Source: a bacterium (GTDB lineage: Bacteria > Patescibacteriota > Dojkabacteria > JAKAPS01 > JAJZLI01). From it: 64,000 nt of DNA. The translations under genes were made by a program, and so were the position numbers. Position 1 is the stretch's first letter; the number at the start of each line of letters is the position of its first letter. The DNA lies in assembly GCA_021810605.1 (NCBI GenBank), contig JAJZIL010000002.1, positions 1,109 through 65,108 of the forward strand, in the 5' to 3' direction. The notes under the pieces are model-generated. The model ran no database searches. It saw nothing but the letters and a program-made list of their open reading frames with translations, and was not told the origin of the DNA. Shown piece after piece: positions 9,078 through 20,123 of this stretch.

Positions 9078-11471
9078 TTGAAAAATAATATCTTTGATAT
9101 ACAATCCATATTTGATTCAGATTCCAAATTTTCTTTATTGAAAAAAGATATAAATACTAATATTCATAAAGTTTTAAATATAGGAGGTATCCCTGATCAA
9201 TTAATTTATTTTTTTGCTAAAATGATGGATTCTTTATTAGAGAATTTTTCTTTTAGTTATTCTAATAAAAATTCCAATTTTGATTTTTTTGAAATTAATA
9301 AAAATACTAAATTTAATGAATTAATAAAAATTCTTGATAGTTTAGAATTTTATGAAAGGATAGAAATTATAGACAGTAATATGCAATTTGCTATATTAGG
9401 AGATAAGATAGATATATCTTTTAACAATATTATATATAGACTGATCTTTTTAGGAAATGATTTAGAAGATATATCTATAAGAGATTTTCTAACTTTCAAG
9501 AATATTTTATCTATTGATAATATATACTTATATAAAAATAGGGATATTTATTTATCTTCATTTACAAAACCAGTATCATCTACATCAATATATTTTACTC
9601 AAAATATAGATTATTTAGATATAGAATTTGATTATACATTATTCCCAAACTATTATTTGTCTATTAATAATTTATCTCAATTTATTCCGAAAGAAATAGA
9701 AAATATTATCATTTCAACATCTAAAGGGGAAATAGATGAAAATTACTTTAGGGATAAAAACATATTATATACAGATATAGATTTACCATGTGGATTTTAT
9801 TCTCTCTCATCTAAATTTGCTATATTAACTGATGTTGAATTATATGGAGAGTTTAATTTAAATCTATACAGAAGTAAGAAAAGTAAAAGGATAGTGACGG
9901 ATTTTATAGATGGAAAAATTTATGAAGGAGATTATATTGTACATATAAATCATGGAATAGGTATATTTAAAGGTGTAATAGCAAGGAGAGTTGGAAATGA
10001 CATGAAAGATTTTTTGGAAGTAGAATATGCTAATAATGATAGATTATATATTCCTTTAGAAATTTCAGATCGTATAACTAAATATATGTCATCATTTAGT
10101 AAAAAGCCTAAATTAACTAGGTTAGGGACTTCTGAATGGAGTAATATTAAGACAAAGGTTTCAAAAGACATAGAAGATATTGCCAGAGAAATAATATTAA
10201 CACATGCACAAAGAAATATTGCTAAGAGAGTTTTTATGTATAATTCAAATAATTTAGAAGACGAATTTAATTCATATTTTGAACATATTGAAACTCCAGA
10301 TCAGTTATCAGCTATAGATGATGTTAGAAAAGATATGTATTCTGAAAAAATAATGGATAGATTAATTGTAGGGGATGTTGGTTTTGGAAAAACAGAAGTT
10401 GCGGCAAGAGCATCTTTTATCTCTGTTATAAATAATAAGCAAGTTTTAATTCTTGCTCCAACAACTATATTAGTTGAACAGCATTATAATGTATTTAAAA
10501 AAAGATTTGCAAAATTTCCTATAAATATATCTATGTTGAGTAGAAATACAACTAAAACTGAAGAAAAAAATATATATAATAAAATAAAAAATGGTGAATT
10601 AGATATTATAATAGCAACACACAAGGCTTTTTCTAAGAAATTAGAATTTAAAGATTTAGGTTTGATTATTGTTGATGAAGAACAAAGATTTGGTGTAAAA
10701 CAAAAAGAGGCTCTTAAAAAGAGTAAAGTGGACGTGGATTATTTATCTATGACAGCTACTCCTATACCAAGAACTCTGTATTCAGCGTTTACTGGTATAA
10801 AAGATATTAGTATAATTTCTACACCACCTGTAGGTAGAAAATCTATAAAAACAGAAATTATAGAATTTAATATAGATAAATTTATAGATATAGTAAAAAA
10901 TGAGATTAGTAGAGGGGGACAAGTTTTTTTCTTACACAATAATATATCAACACTTTATAATATAAAATCATTATTTAATACTCATTATCCTGAAATTAAA
11001 ATAGGAGTAGCATATGGGGCAATGAGTAATCTAAGTAGTATATTATCAAGTTTTAAAAATAAAGAATTTGATATGTTAATATCAACATCTATAATAGAGA
11101 ATGGTATTGATTTTCCTAATGTAAATACAATTATTATAAATCAAGCTTTTAAATTTGGATTAGCACAGTTATATCAATTTAGAGGTAGAGTGGGGAGGTC
11201 AGATACAAATTCATTTTGTTATTTAGTGACACAAAATAAAATATTAGAACACAGTAAGGTCGTAAGAGATAGATTATATACATTAGTTAAGAATCAGAGT
11301 GTGGGTAGTGGTTTTAATATATCTATTAAAGATTTAGAGATAAGAGGTGCAGGAGATCTAGTTGGAGTTAATCAGCATGGAAATATATATAGAGTTGGTT
11401 TTGATTTATATTCTCAACTTTTACAAAAAGTAATAGATGATATAAAAGTAAATAATATTTATAAATATTAA
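9078..11471 (+). CDS. mfd: transcription-repair coupling factor, compact 797-aa form
   Basis: RNAP-interaction motif GDYIVHINHGIGIF, helicase motifs GDVGFGKTEVA (Walker A) and VDEEQRFG (DEEQ), and motif VI QFRGRVGRS. N- and C-terminal regions are shorter than in a canonical Mfd of about 1150 aa. Confidence 0.8.
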   Translation: MKNNIFDIQSIFDSDSKFSLLKKDINTNIHKVLNIGGIPDQLIYFFAKMMDSLLENFSFSYSNKNSNFDFFEINKNTKFNELIKILDSLEFYERIEIIDSNMQFAILGDKIDISFNNIIYRLIFLGNDLEDISIRDFLTFKNILSIDNIYLYKNRDIYLSSFTKPVSSTSIYFTQNIDYLDIEFDYTLFPNYYLSINNLSQFIPKEIENIIISTSKGEIDENYFRDKNILYTDIDLPCGFYSLSSKFAILTDVELYGEFNLNLYRSKKSKRIVTDFIDGKIYEGDYIVHINHGIGIFKGVIARRVGNDMKDFLEVEYANNDRLYIPLEISDRITKYMSSFSKKPKLTRLGTSEWSNIKTKVSKDIEDIAREIILTHAQRNIAKRVFMYNSNNLEDEFNSYFEHIETPDQLSAIDDVRKDMYSEKIMDRLIVGDVGFGKTEVAARASFISVINNKQVLILAPTTILVEQHYNVFKKRFAKFPINISMLSRNTTKTEEKNIYNKIKNGELDIIIATHKAFSKKLEFKDLGLIIVDEEQRFGVKQKEALKKSKVDVDYLSMTATPIPRTLYSAFTGIKDISIISTPPVGRKSIKTEIIEFNIDKFIDIVKNEISRGGQVFFLHNNISTLYNIKSLFNTHYPEIKIGVAYGAMSNLSSILSSFKNKEFDMLISTSIIENGIDFPNVNTIIINQAFKFGLAQLYQFRGRVGRSDTNSFCYLVTQNKILEHSKVVRDRLYTLVKNQSVGSGFNISIKDLEIRGAGDLVGVNQHGNIYRVGFDLYSQLLQKVIDDIKVNNIYKY

Positions 11472-11488
11472 GAATAATAGATAATCTT

Positions 11489-11541
11489 TATAACTATATA
11501 TTTAATTTTTTAAATATATAGTTATATATCAATTTTTTTTT
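11489..11541 (+). terminator. perfect 15-bp AT-rich palindrome plus T-tract downstream of mfd
   Basis: TATAACTATATATTT (11489-11503), an 8-nt loop, then AAATATATAGTTATA (11512-11526), followed by T9 at 11533-11541. It could alternatively be an operator for trpS. Confidence 0.35.
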
Positions 11542-11559
11542 AATTCGTTTTATTATATA

Positions 11560-12579
11560 ATGGATAATATGAAAAAAACTATTCTTACTGGTGATAGACC
11601 TACTGGACAGTTACACTTAGGTCATTATGTAGGTTCTCTTAAATCTAGATTAAAATTTCAAAATGATTATGATACTATTATCTTAATTGCTAATATACAA
11701 GCATTGACAGATAATTTTGATAATCCAAAGAAGGTATCAGAAAATATATTAGAAGTTTTAAAAGATTATATTTCGGTAGGTTTAGATCCTAATCTTGTAA
11801 CATTTGTATTACAATCTGATATTTCTGAAATTGCAGAATTGACAGTACTATATTCTAATTTAGTTACTATATCAAGATTAATGAGAAATCCAACTGTTAA
11901 GTCTGAAATTATTGAGAAAAAAAATAAATTTTCTAATGATTTAATTACTTTAGGGTTTTTAGGATATCCTGTTAGTCAAGCTGCTGATATTACTGCATTT
12001 ATGGCAGATTTAGTTCCAGTAGGTGAAGATCAAGCTCCTATGCTTGAGCAAACAATTGAAATTGTTAAAAAGTTTAATAATATTTATGGTAATATACTTA
12101 AGGTTCCTAAAATATATATAAGTGATGTTCCTAGATTAGTAGGTTTAGATGGAAAATCTAAGATGTCAAAAAGTATTGGAAATACAATTAATTTTTCAGA
12201 TACTACTAATATAATCAAGAATAAAATAATGAGTATGTATACAGATCCAAATAGAATACATAAGAATGATCCAGGAAATGTTGAAGGTAATCCTGTATTC
12301 ATATATCATAATATTTTTAATAGTAATAAGGAAGAAGTTAAAGATCTTGAATCAAGATATAGAATAGGAAGAGTTGGAGATGTAGAAGTAAAAGAAAAAT
12401 TATTTAAAGTAATAGAAGAATTCATATCTCCTATAAGAGAGAGAAGGTTATCTTTAGAAGGAAAGGATAAATATTTATTTGAAATATTGAAATCTGGTAC
12501 TAAGAGAGGAAGGGATATAGCATCTAAGACATTATATAATGTCAAAAATTCTATGGATTTAAATTTTTTAGAAAATTAA
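11560..12579 (+). CDS. trpS: tryptophanyl-tRNA synthetase
   Basis: Class I HIGH-type motif (GQLHLGHY) and KMSKS. Confidence 0.85.
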   Translation: MDNMKKTILTGDRPTGQLHLGHYVGSLKSRLKFQNDYDTIILIANIQALTDNFDNPKKVSENILEVLKDYISVGLDPNLVTFVLQSDISEIAELTVLYSNLVTISRLMRNPTVKSEIIEKKNKFSNDLITLGFLGYPVSQAADITAFMADLVPVGEDQAPMLEQTIEIVKKFNNIYGNILKVPKIYISDVPRLVGLDGKSKMSKSIGNTINFSDTTNIIKNKIMSMYTDPNRIHKNDPGNVEGNPVFIYHNIFNSNKEEVKDLESRYRIGRVGDVEVKEKLFKVIEEFISPIRERRLSLEGKDKYLFEILKSGTKRGRDIASKTLYNVKNSMDLNFLEN

Positions 12580-12583
12580 TATT

Positions 12584-13807
12584 ATGAAATTAAATTTAAA
12601 TGCATTAAAAGGTTTTACTGATTATTATCCAGAAAAATATTTAGAGAAAAATTATATAGTAAATATTTTAAATGAAGTTTCTCGATCATTTGGATATCTT
12701 TATTATGATGGTCCTATTATGGAAGAGTCCTCTCTTTATGAATTGAAATCTGGACAATCTATTGTAGAAGAAGCATATTCCTTTATAGATAGAGGAGATA
12801 GGATGGTTACACTTAGACCAGAAATGACACCAACATTAGGGAGAATGTTGGCTTCTAAATCTATGAATTATAAAAAACCTATTAGATGGTATTCAATTCC
12901 ATTAATATTTAGAAATGAAAATCCTCAAAAGGCTAGGCAAAGAGAATTTAGTCAATTTAATGCTGATATTATAGGAGTATCTTCTATAATTTCAGATATA
13001 GAGATTATAGATTTATCTATGAGTATATTAAGAAGGATTGGATTTGTTAATGATGATTTTGAAATACTAGTTAATAATAGATCTGTTGCATATAAAATTC
13101 TTTCAGAATATAGTAATGATGTAAATAGTTTAATAAAAATTATAGATAGAAAAAGTAAGTTGCCAGAATCAGAATTTATTAATCTAGTAGATAAAAATGT
13201 AAAAAATCATCAATATGTAGATAAAGTTTTAGAATATTTAAATGTTAGTGGGGATAATATTCCTAATGAAATATTAGATTTTATAAATGAAGCTTCTAAA
13301 TTTGGATTAAATCTTATTTATGATCCATCGATAGTTAGAGGTTTAGACTATTATACTGGAAGTGTTTTTGAAATATGGGATAAAAAAAGATTAATAAAGA
13401 GATCTATTTTTGGTGGAGGGAGGTATTCTGATTTACTTTCTGTATTAGGAGGTGAGAGTCTAGATGCAGTAGGTATAGGAACTTCAGTAGAAGTATTATT
13501 ACCTTTGATTAAGGAATACAATAAGGATCCTCAATTAGAAGTAGTATATGATTATTTCATATCTACTTTTGATAATATAGATAATTCCATATATTCTAAT
13601 ATAGTACACAAATTAAGGAGTAGAGGAGAATCAGTTATACTTAATGTTAATATTGATTGGAATCTAAAAAAACAATTAGAATTTTCATTAAATATAGGTG
13701 TGAAAAAATTTATAATATTAGGAGAAAAAGAATTAAAAGAAAATTCTCTTTTAATAAAAGATTTAAAGCATAAAACAGAAAAAAGAATATTAATTGCTGA
13801 TATATGA
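12584..13807 (+). CDS. hisS: histidyl-tRNA synthetase
   Basis: Class II motifs: TLRPEMTP, and GGGRYSDL for motif 3. Confidence 0.8.
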   Translation: MKLNLNALKGFTDYYPEKYLEKNYIVNILNEVSRSFGYLYYDGPIMEESSLYELKSGQSIVEEAYSFIDRGDRMVTLRPEMTPTLGRMLASKSMNYKKPIRWYSIPLIFRNENPQKARQREFSQFNADIIGVSSIISDIEIIDLSMSILRRIGFVNDDFEILVNNRSVAYKILSEYSNDVNSLIKIIDRKSKLPESEFINLVDKNVKNHQYVDKVLEYLNVSGDNIPNEILDFINEASKFGLNLIYDPSIVRGLDYYTGSVFEIWDKKRLIKRSIFGGGRYSDLLSVLGGESLDAVGIGTSVEVLLPLIKEYNKDPQLEVVYDYFISTFDNIDNSIYSNIVHKLRSRGESVILNVNIDWNLKKQLEFSLNIGVKKFIILGEKELKENSLLIKDLKHKTEKRILIADI

Positions 13808-15309
13808 AAAATTCAATACTTTACCAAAAATATAGACCTCAAACCTTTTCTGAATTAATAGGTAGAGAGGATGTATCAAGAATATTAGTTAATGAAGTTT
13901 TAAGTAATAGTATTGGAAATGCATATATTTTTTTTGGAAGTAAGGGTACAGGGAAGACTTCTATTGCAAGGATATTTTCTAAAGCAATAAATTGTTTAAA
14001 TCTAGAAAAGAATGGAGATCCTTGTAATTCTTGTACAAATTGTAAATCAATTAATGATTCAAGTTTTATGGATCTTTTAGAGATAGATGCAGCTTCAAAT
14101 AGGGGTATTGAAGATATAAGAGATTTAAAAAATAAAGTTCAATTTGCGCCTACATCAGGTAAATATAAAATTTATATTATAGATGAAGTTCATATGTTAA
14201 CTAAAGATGCATTCAATGCTCTTTTAAAAACATTAGAGGAACCTCCTGAAAATGTTGTATTCATATTTGCAACAACTGAAATAAATAAAGTTCCTGAAAC
14301 TATAATTTCTCGCTGTCAAAGATTTGATTTTCTTAAAGCATCATATAAGGATTTAATGTCTCAATTAAACAAAGTGACTAAATTAGAGAAAATTAAACTG
14401 GATGATGATATAAAAGATTTAATTATAACAATCTCTGAAGGAAGTTTTAGAGATACTATGACTAATTTGCAAAAAATTTTGTCGATCTATAGTGAAAATC
14501 TAGATTATAATGATGTTGTTAAAATACTTAATTTTCCAGATATAGAATTTCTGAAAATTATATGGGAATATTTATTTGAAGGAAATTTAGAAAAAATATT
14601 AGATCAATTTGAAAGAAATACTATAGATGTAGTTTCATTTGTAAAAAACTCTTTAGATTTTATAAAAAAAGTATTAGTTAATAGAACTTTAGAAAAGCAA
14701 TATTATAAAATTGATGATAAATTATTTGAGAATATTACTACTGATAAAATATTTAATATTGTAAATATACTTATAAAAACCCTAGATGATATTAGGATAT
14801 CTTCTTCAGATATAATATGTTTAGAAATGGCATTTGTATTTATTATGAAAGATTTAAATATTTTAAATAAAGAAAGTATCCCTTCTGTATCATATAAACC
14901 TAATCTTATAAAGACTAAATCAGTTGAAGTTAAAGTAAATCTGAATAAGACTATATCCGTAAATAAAGATAATTTTATTTCAGATAAATTGAGAGATGCT
15001 TGGCCTGAGATTATAAGTAGGACTAAATCTTTCAATCATCATATGAGTGCCTTTTTAGCAAAATCAAATTTTTCTTTTGAAGATAATATTTTTATAATTC
15101 AAGTACCATTCCCATTTTATAGAGATATGTTAATAGAACCAAAAAGTAAGGAGTATTTATCAGGTATTATAAAGAGTGTAATTGGGAAAGATATAATATT
15201 AGATTGTATTGTTGATAAAAATATTAAACCTTTTATAGTCTCATCAAAAAGTAATAATATTGATGAAGATGATATAAAAGAGCTTTTTGATATTGAAAAT
15301 TCTTTATAA
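13804..15309 (+). CDS. dnaX: DNA polymerase III subunit gamma/tau
   Basis: Walker A GSKGTGKTS, a CNSCTNC zinc module, and IDEVHML (DExx). Confidence 0.85.
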   Translation: MKNSILYQKYRPQTFSELIGREDVSRILVNEVLSNSIGNAYIFFGSKGTGKTSIARIFSKAINCLNLEKNGDPCNSCTNCKSINDSSFMDLLEIDAASNRGIEDIRDLKNKVQFAPTSGKYKIYIIDEVHMLTKDAFNALLKTLEEPPENVVFIFATTEINKVPETIISRCQRFDFLKASYKDLMSQLNKVTKLEKIKLDDDIKDLIITISEGSFRDTMTNLQKILSIYSENLDYNDVVKILNFPDIEFLKIIWEYLFEGNLEKILDQFERNTIDVVSFVKNSLDFIKKVLVNRTLEKQYYKIDDKLFENITTDKIFNIVNILIKTLDDIRISSSDIICLEMAFVFIMKDLNILNKESIPSVSYKPNLIKTKSVEVKVNLNKTISVNKDNFISDKLRDAWPEIISRTKSFNHHMSAFLAKSNFSFEDNIFIIQVPFPFYRDMLIEPKSKEYLSGIIKSVIGKDIILDCIVDKNIKPFIVSSKSNNIDEDDIKELFDIENSL

Positions 15310-15395
15310 TTATATTAAATTTCCAAAATCAATAATTTTAAAATTATATTTATTTATGTTATTATATTTATAGTTAAATTTATTATTTTATAGTT

Positions 15396-15701
15396 ATGGC
15401 AAATCCTTTTTCACAAGCAAAAGATTTATATAATCTTCAAAATGAAGCAAGAAAACTTCAAAAAGATTTAGAGTCAAAAGTATTCAAAGGTGAATCAAAA
15501 AAATCGTTAATAAAGATATCTTTAAATGGTACAGGAGAGATAGTAGATTTAGAAGTAGATGATATTCTTTTTGATAAAGAGAGAAAGAGTGATTTTATCT
15601 CTCATATAAAGGAAGCATATAAAGATGCCCAAAAAAAGATTGCGAAAGATATGTCTAAGGATATGGATCTCTCAAAATTAAAGAGCATGATGGGTATGTA
15701 A
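15396..15701 (+). CDS. ybaB: nucleoid-associated protein YbaB/EbfC
   Basis: About 100 aa with a YbaB-like profile, in the conserved dnaX-ybaB-recR order. Confidence 0.75.
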   Translation: MANPFSQAKDLYNLQNEARKLQKDLESKVFKGESKKSLIKISLNGTGEIVDLEVDDILFDKERKSDFISHIKEAYKDAQKKIAKDMSKDMDLSKLKSMMGM

Positions 15702-15707
15702 TTTAAT

Positions 15708-16319
15708 ATGGATGAGAATACTCCAATTTCTATTTTAGCTAAAGAATTCTCTAAACTTCCAGGTATAGGTAATAAGACTGCTTTGAGGATGGCATATTTT
15801 TATGTTCAGAATAAAAATAATATAACTCCACTGATTTCTTCACTTGATAATATTTATAGAAGTGTAGAAAAGTGTAAGATTTGTAATCTTATAACTTACA
15901 AAGATAGTAATCCATGCAAATATTGTGCAGATGGAATAAGAAATAAACAATTAATATGTATTGTCGAAAATGATACAGATGTAGCTCAGATAGAAAAATC
16001 AAATTCATTTAAAGGTGTATATCATATATTAGGAGGATTAATTTCTCCATTATCTAATATTTCCCATAATGATCTAGAGATTGAATCTCTAAAGAATAGA
16101 GTTATAAATAATGATGATAATTTTGAAATAATTATTGCAACTAATTTTACTACTGAAGGTGAAGCAACAAGTCTTTTTATAAGGCAATATTTAAAAGATA
16201 TAAGAAATGTAAAATTTTCTAGGTTAGCAAATGGCCTTCCTTTTGGTTCAAATTTAGAATATGTAGATTCATATACTATTGGAAAAGCTATAGAAAGGAG
16301 GATAGATTATGACAATTAA
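15708..16319 (+). CDS. recR: recombination protein RecR
   Basis: HhH motif LPGIGNKTALRMAYF, a C4 zinc finger (CKICN...CKYC), and a Toprim-like region. Confidence 0.85.
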   Translation: MDENTPISILAKEFSKLPGIGNKTALRMAYFYVQNKNNITPLISSLDNIYRSVEKCKICNLITYKDSNPCKYCADGIRNKQLICIVENDTDVAQIEKSNSFKGVYHILGGLISPLSNISHNDLEIESLKNRVINNDDNFEIIIATNFTTEGEATSLFIRQYLKDIRNVKFSRLANGLPFGSNLEYVDSYTIGKAIERRIDYDN

Positions 16320-17691
16320 ATTGAATGATTCTTTTTCAGGAATGAAAGAATTTATTCCAATAGAAAAAAATAAAGTAAAAATTTATTCTTGTGGTCCTAC
16401 AGTATATAGTTATGCTTCTATTGGAAATTTAAGGACATATATATTTTCAGATGTATTAAAAAAAGCTCTTGCATATATAGGTTTTCAGATAGATGATGCT
16501 ATGAATATTACAGATGTAGGTCATCTTGTTGGAGATGGTGATGAAGGTGAAGATAAACTTCAAAAAAAATCTACTCAAGAAAATATTTCTATATCAGATA
16601 TTATAGATAAATATACAAATTATTTTTATAAATCATTAGATGATGTAAATGTGAAGTTACCATCAAAGATATATAAAGCTTCGGAGACAATTGATACTCA
16701 AATTGAATTAATTAAAATTTTATTTGAAAAAGGTTTCGCATATACTACCAGTAGTGGTGTGTATTTTGATATATCAAAGTTTCCTGAATATTCAAAACTT
16801 ATTAATCAAAAAGGATCAGATCAAAATGAACATTCTAGAAAAGGAGTCGTTGTTGATAGGACAAAGAAAAATCCTCAAGATTTTAGATTATGGCAAACAT
16901 CATATCCTAATCATATTATGCAATGGGATAGTCCATGGGGGAGAGGTTTTCCAGGATGGCATATTGAATGTAGCGCTATAATATATAAATCTTTAGGTCA
17001 AAGTATTGATATACATACAGGTGGAATTGATCTGAGGAATACACATAGTGTTAATGAAATAGCACAGAGTAAATCTGCATTTAATACAAATTTCGTTAAT
17101 TTTTGGATGTATAATGGGATTGTTCTCGCAGATGGAGTTAAGATGGCAAAAAGTCTTAATAATATATATAAATTAGAAGATCTAGAGGAGAGAGGAATTA
17201 AAAAAATATCATTAAGATACCTGTATTTAAATTCTCATTATTCTGTTCCAATAAACTTTACTTTTGATTCTCTTTATTCAATAGAGAATGCATTAGGTAA
17301 AATATATAATTTTATAAGTATGAATAAAAATTTATATGATGAGAATATTCCGATAAACAAAGATTATAAAAAGAAATTTATTAATCAAATTGAGAATAAT
17401 ATTAATACTCCTGGGTTATTAGAAGTTCTTTGGAATGTAATAAGAGATGAAAATTTAAGTATTCAAGAAAAGTTAGTTACAATAATAGATTTTGATAGAG
17501 TTTTATCTCTAGATTTTATAAACTATTTTAATATAGATATTCCTAATGATATTATGGAACTTTTAGATAAAAGATCTCAATTAAGGAAAGATAAAAAATG
17601 GAATGAGTCAGATATAATAAGGAATTCATTAGTAGAAAAAGGATATACTGTAATAGACTTAAAAGATAGTTCTCTTATAATAAAAAAATGA
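16309..17691 (+). CDS. cysS: cysteinyl-tRNA synthetase
   Basis: CGPTVY, a HIGH-like region (SIGNLRTY), and KMAKS. Confidence 0.8.
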   Translation: MTIKLNDSFSGMKEFIPIEKNKVKIYSCGPTVYSYASIGNLRTYIFSDVLKKALAYIGFQIDDAMNITDVGHLVGDGDEGEDKLQKKSTQENISISDIIDKYTNYFYKSLDDVNVKLPSKIYKASETIDTQIELIKILFEKGFAYTTSSGVYFDISKFPEYSKLINQKGSDQNEHSRKGVVVDRTKKNPQDFRLWQTSYPNHIMQWDSPWGRGFPGWHIECSAIIYKSLGQSIDIHTGGIDLRNTHSVNEIAQSKSAFNTNFVNFWMYNGIVLADGVKMAKSLNNIYKLEDLEERGIKKISLRYLYLNSHYSVPINFTFDSLYSIENALGKIYNFISMNKNLYDENIPINKDYKKKFINQIENNINTPGLLEVLWNVIRDENLSIQEKLVTIIDFDRVLSLDFINYFNIDIPNDIMELLDKRSQLRKDKKWNESDIIRNSLVEKGYTVIDLKDSSLIIKK

Positions 17692-19028
17692 ATGATATTA
17701 AAATAGAGGAGAAAATTTCTAAAGAGGTGTATGAAGTTTCTAATAAATTAGAGCAAAATAATTTTTCTTCATATCTTGTGGGTGGATCAATAAGAGATAT
17801 ATTGATGAATAATCAAGTAAGTGATTATGATTTAGCAACTAATGCAGTTCCAGAAGATTTAAAAAAAATATTTCCAAATGCAATACTATTTGGAGAAAAA
17901 TTTGGAACAATAATGCTTGTAATATCTAATAAAAGAATAGAAATCACTACTCTTAGATCTGAATCAGAATATAATGATAATAGGCATCCAGCAAAAGTAT
18001 CATTTATTGATGATATAAATGAAGATTTAAAAAGGCGTGATTTTACAATTAATGCATTAGCTTTTGATTTAATAAATTCTAAATTAATAGATATTTTTGG
18101 AGGGAAAGAAGATTTACAACATAAAATTATTAGAGCTGTTGGGGATCCAGATGAAAGATTTAAAGAAGATGCTTTAAGACTTTTGAGGGCAGTTAGATTT
18201 TCATTAAAATTAGATTTTGTTGTAGAAGAAAATACATATAATTCTATTAAAAAAAATGCATCTCTTATTGAATATATTTCTAAAGAAAGAATTAGAGATG
18301 AACTAATGAAGATTATTTTAGAGGAAAATTCTTCTAAAGGAATAGAAATACTTAGGGATACAGAATTATTAAAATATATAATACCAGAGTTACTTGTATG
18401 TGTTGGTGTAGAACAGAATAAATTTCATTCACTAGATGTATATGATCATTTACTTTTATCTATGGATAAAGCTGATAAAAGGGTTAAATTAGTAGCACTT
18501 TTACATGATATAGGGAAACCTCAGACAAAAGATGGAGAACATTTTTTTGGTCATGAAAGAGTTGGTTCTGATATTGCAAGAAGGATACTTACAAGATTAC
18601 ATTTCCCTAAAAATGATATTAATTTAATATCTAAATTGATAGAATTACATCTTTTTCATTATGAGGAAAATTGGTCAGATTCTGCTGTAAGAAGATTTTT
18701 AAGAAAAGTTGAAGATGATAATACTTTAGAATTATTGTTTTTACTTAGAGAGGCTGATGAAAATGGTAATCCAATCTCAAGTTATGATTTTGATAATTTA
18801 GCTCAATTAAAAGATAGAATTAATAAAATTAAAAATCAGGATAGGTATTTAAGCCTTAAAGATTTAAATATAAGTGGAGATGATCTAATAAAATTAGGAT
18901 ATAATAGGGATAAATCTTTAGGAGACACATTAAAATTTTTATTAGATGTTATAATAGAGGATCCTAGTATGAATAATAAGGAAAAATTATTATCTCTAGC
19001 TAAAGATAAATTAAATAAATTAGTATAA
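17688..19028 (+). CDS. cca: CCA-adding tRNA nucleotidyltransferase with HD domain
   Basis: LVGGSIRD, RRDFTINA and LLHDIGK (HD) motifs. Confidence 0.8.
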   Translation: MNDIKIEEKISKEVYEVSNKLEQNNFSSYLVGGSIRDILMNNQVSDYDLATNAVPEDLKKIFPNAILFGEKFGTIMLVISNKRIEITTLRSESEYNDNRHPAKVSFIDDINEDLKRRDFTINALAFDLINSKLIDIFGGKEDLQHKIIRAVGDPDERFKEDALRLLRAVRFSLKLDFVVEENTYNSIKKNASLIEYISKERIRDELMKIILEENSSKGIEILRDTELLKYIIPELLVCVGVEQNKFHSLDVYDHLLLSMDKADKRVKLVALLHDIGKPQTKDGEHFFGHERVGSDIARRILTRLHFPKNDINLISKLIELHLFHYEENWSDSAVRRFLRKVEDDNTLELLFLLREADENGNPISSYDFDNLAQLKDRINKIKNQDRYLSLKDLNISGDDLIKLGYNRDKSLGDTLKFLLDVIIEDPSMNNKEKLLSLAKDKLNKLV

Positions 19029-19034
19029 TTTCAT

Positions 19035-20078
19035 ATGTCATTGAAAGTAGGTATAGTAGGTATTCCTAATGTTGGTAAATCAACTTTATTTAATGCTTTA
19101 ACAAATAATTCTGTTCCTTCTGAGAATTTCCCATTTTGTACGATAGATCCTAATGTAGGGATAGTATTCGTTGATGATAAGAGACTATACCAAATTAATG
19201 AAATTGTTCAATCAGATACAATAGTTAATGCAGATATAACTTTTGTTGACATAGCTGGTCTTATAAAAGGATCAGCCAGTGGAGAAGGTTTAGGTAATAA
19301 ATTTCTATCTCATATTTATGATATTGATCTTGTTTTAGAAGTTGTTAGAGAATTTAGAGATGACAATATTATCCATGTAGAGAATTCAATAGATCCAAAT
19401 AGGGATATAGATATTATTAAGACAGAATTAATCTTAAAAGATTTAGAAACATTAAAGAAATTAAAAGAAAACTTACTTAAAGAGAGTAAGAAAAATCCTT
19501 TATATACAGAAGATATAAATCTTTTTAATAAATTAGAAGAAATTTTGGATAGAGGTGATTTAATCTTTGAGCAGGAATTTAGTACATCTGATTTAAATAT
19601 TCTTAAAAAGTATAATTTTTTAACAAATAAAAAATTTATATATTTATATAATTCTGAAGAATATAAACCATATATTAAGAATGATTCTATCTATATGAAT
19701 ATACTTTTTGAATATGAGTTATCTAAAATGAGTAAAGAAGATCAAAGATTATTTTTAAAAGATTTCTCAATAGAGGAGTCTGGGATTAGTTTGCTTACAA
19801 AATTTTCGTTTGACAAAATTGGGTTACAAGTATTCTTTACTGCTGGTGAAAAGGAAGTAAGAGCTTGGGTTATAAAAAAGGGTACTAATGCTGCAGATGC
19901 ATCTGCTGTAATTCATACAGATTTCAAGAAGAATTTTATTAAAATGGAGGTAGTATCTTTTGAAGATTTTATTAAATTTAAAGGATGGAATAATGCTAAG
20001 GATAAAGGTTTTTTAAAAATAGTTGGTGCAGATTATATTTTAAATGATGGAGATGTAGTGATAGTAAGGCACTCTTAA
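19035..20078 (+). CDS. ychF: ribosome-binding ATPase YchF (Obg-family GTPase)
   Basis: G1 motif GIVGIPNVGKSTLFNALT, DIAGL, and a C-terminal TGS-like domain. Confidence 0.85.
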   Translation: MSLKVGIVGIPNVGKSTLFNALTNNSVPSENFPFCTIDPNVGIVFVDDKRLYQINEIVQSDTIVNADITFVDIAGLIKGSASGEGLGNKFLSHIYDIDLVLEVVREFRDDNIIHVENSIDPNRDIDIIKTELILKDLETLKKLKENLLKESKKNPLYTEDINLFNKLEEILDRGDLIFEQEFSTSDLNILKKYNFLTNKKFIYLYNSEEYKPYIKNDSIYMNILFEYELSKMSKEDQRLFLKDFSIEESGISLLTKFSFDKIGLQVFFTAGEKEVRAWVIKKGTNAADASAVIHTDFKKNFIKMEVVSFEDFIKFKGWNNAKDKGFLKIVGADYILNDGDVVIVRHS

Positions 20079-20123
20079 ATATTTCATAAATTATTAATCT
20101 TTAAATACTAGAATATAATTATT

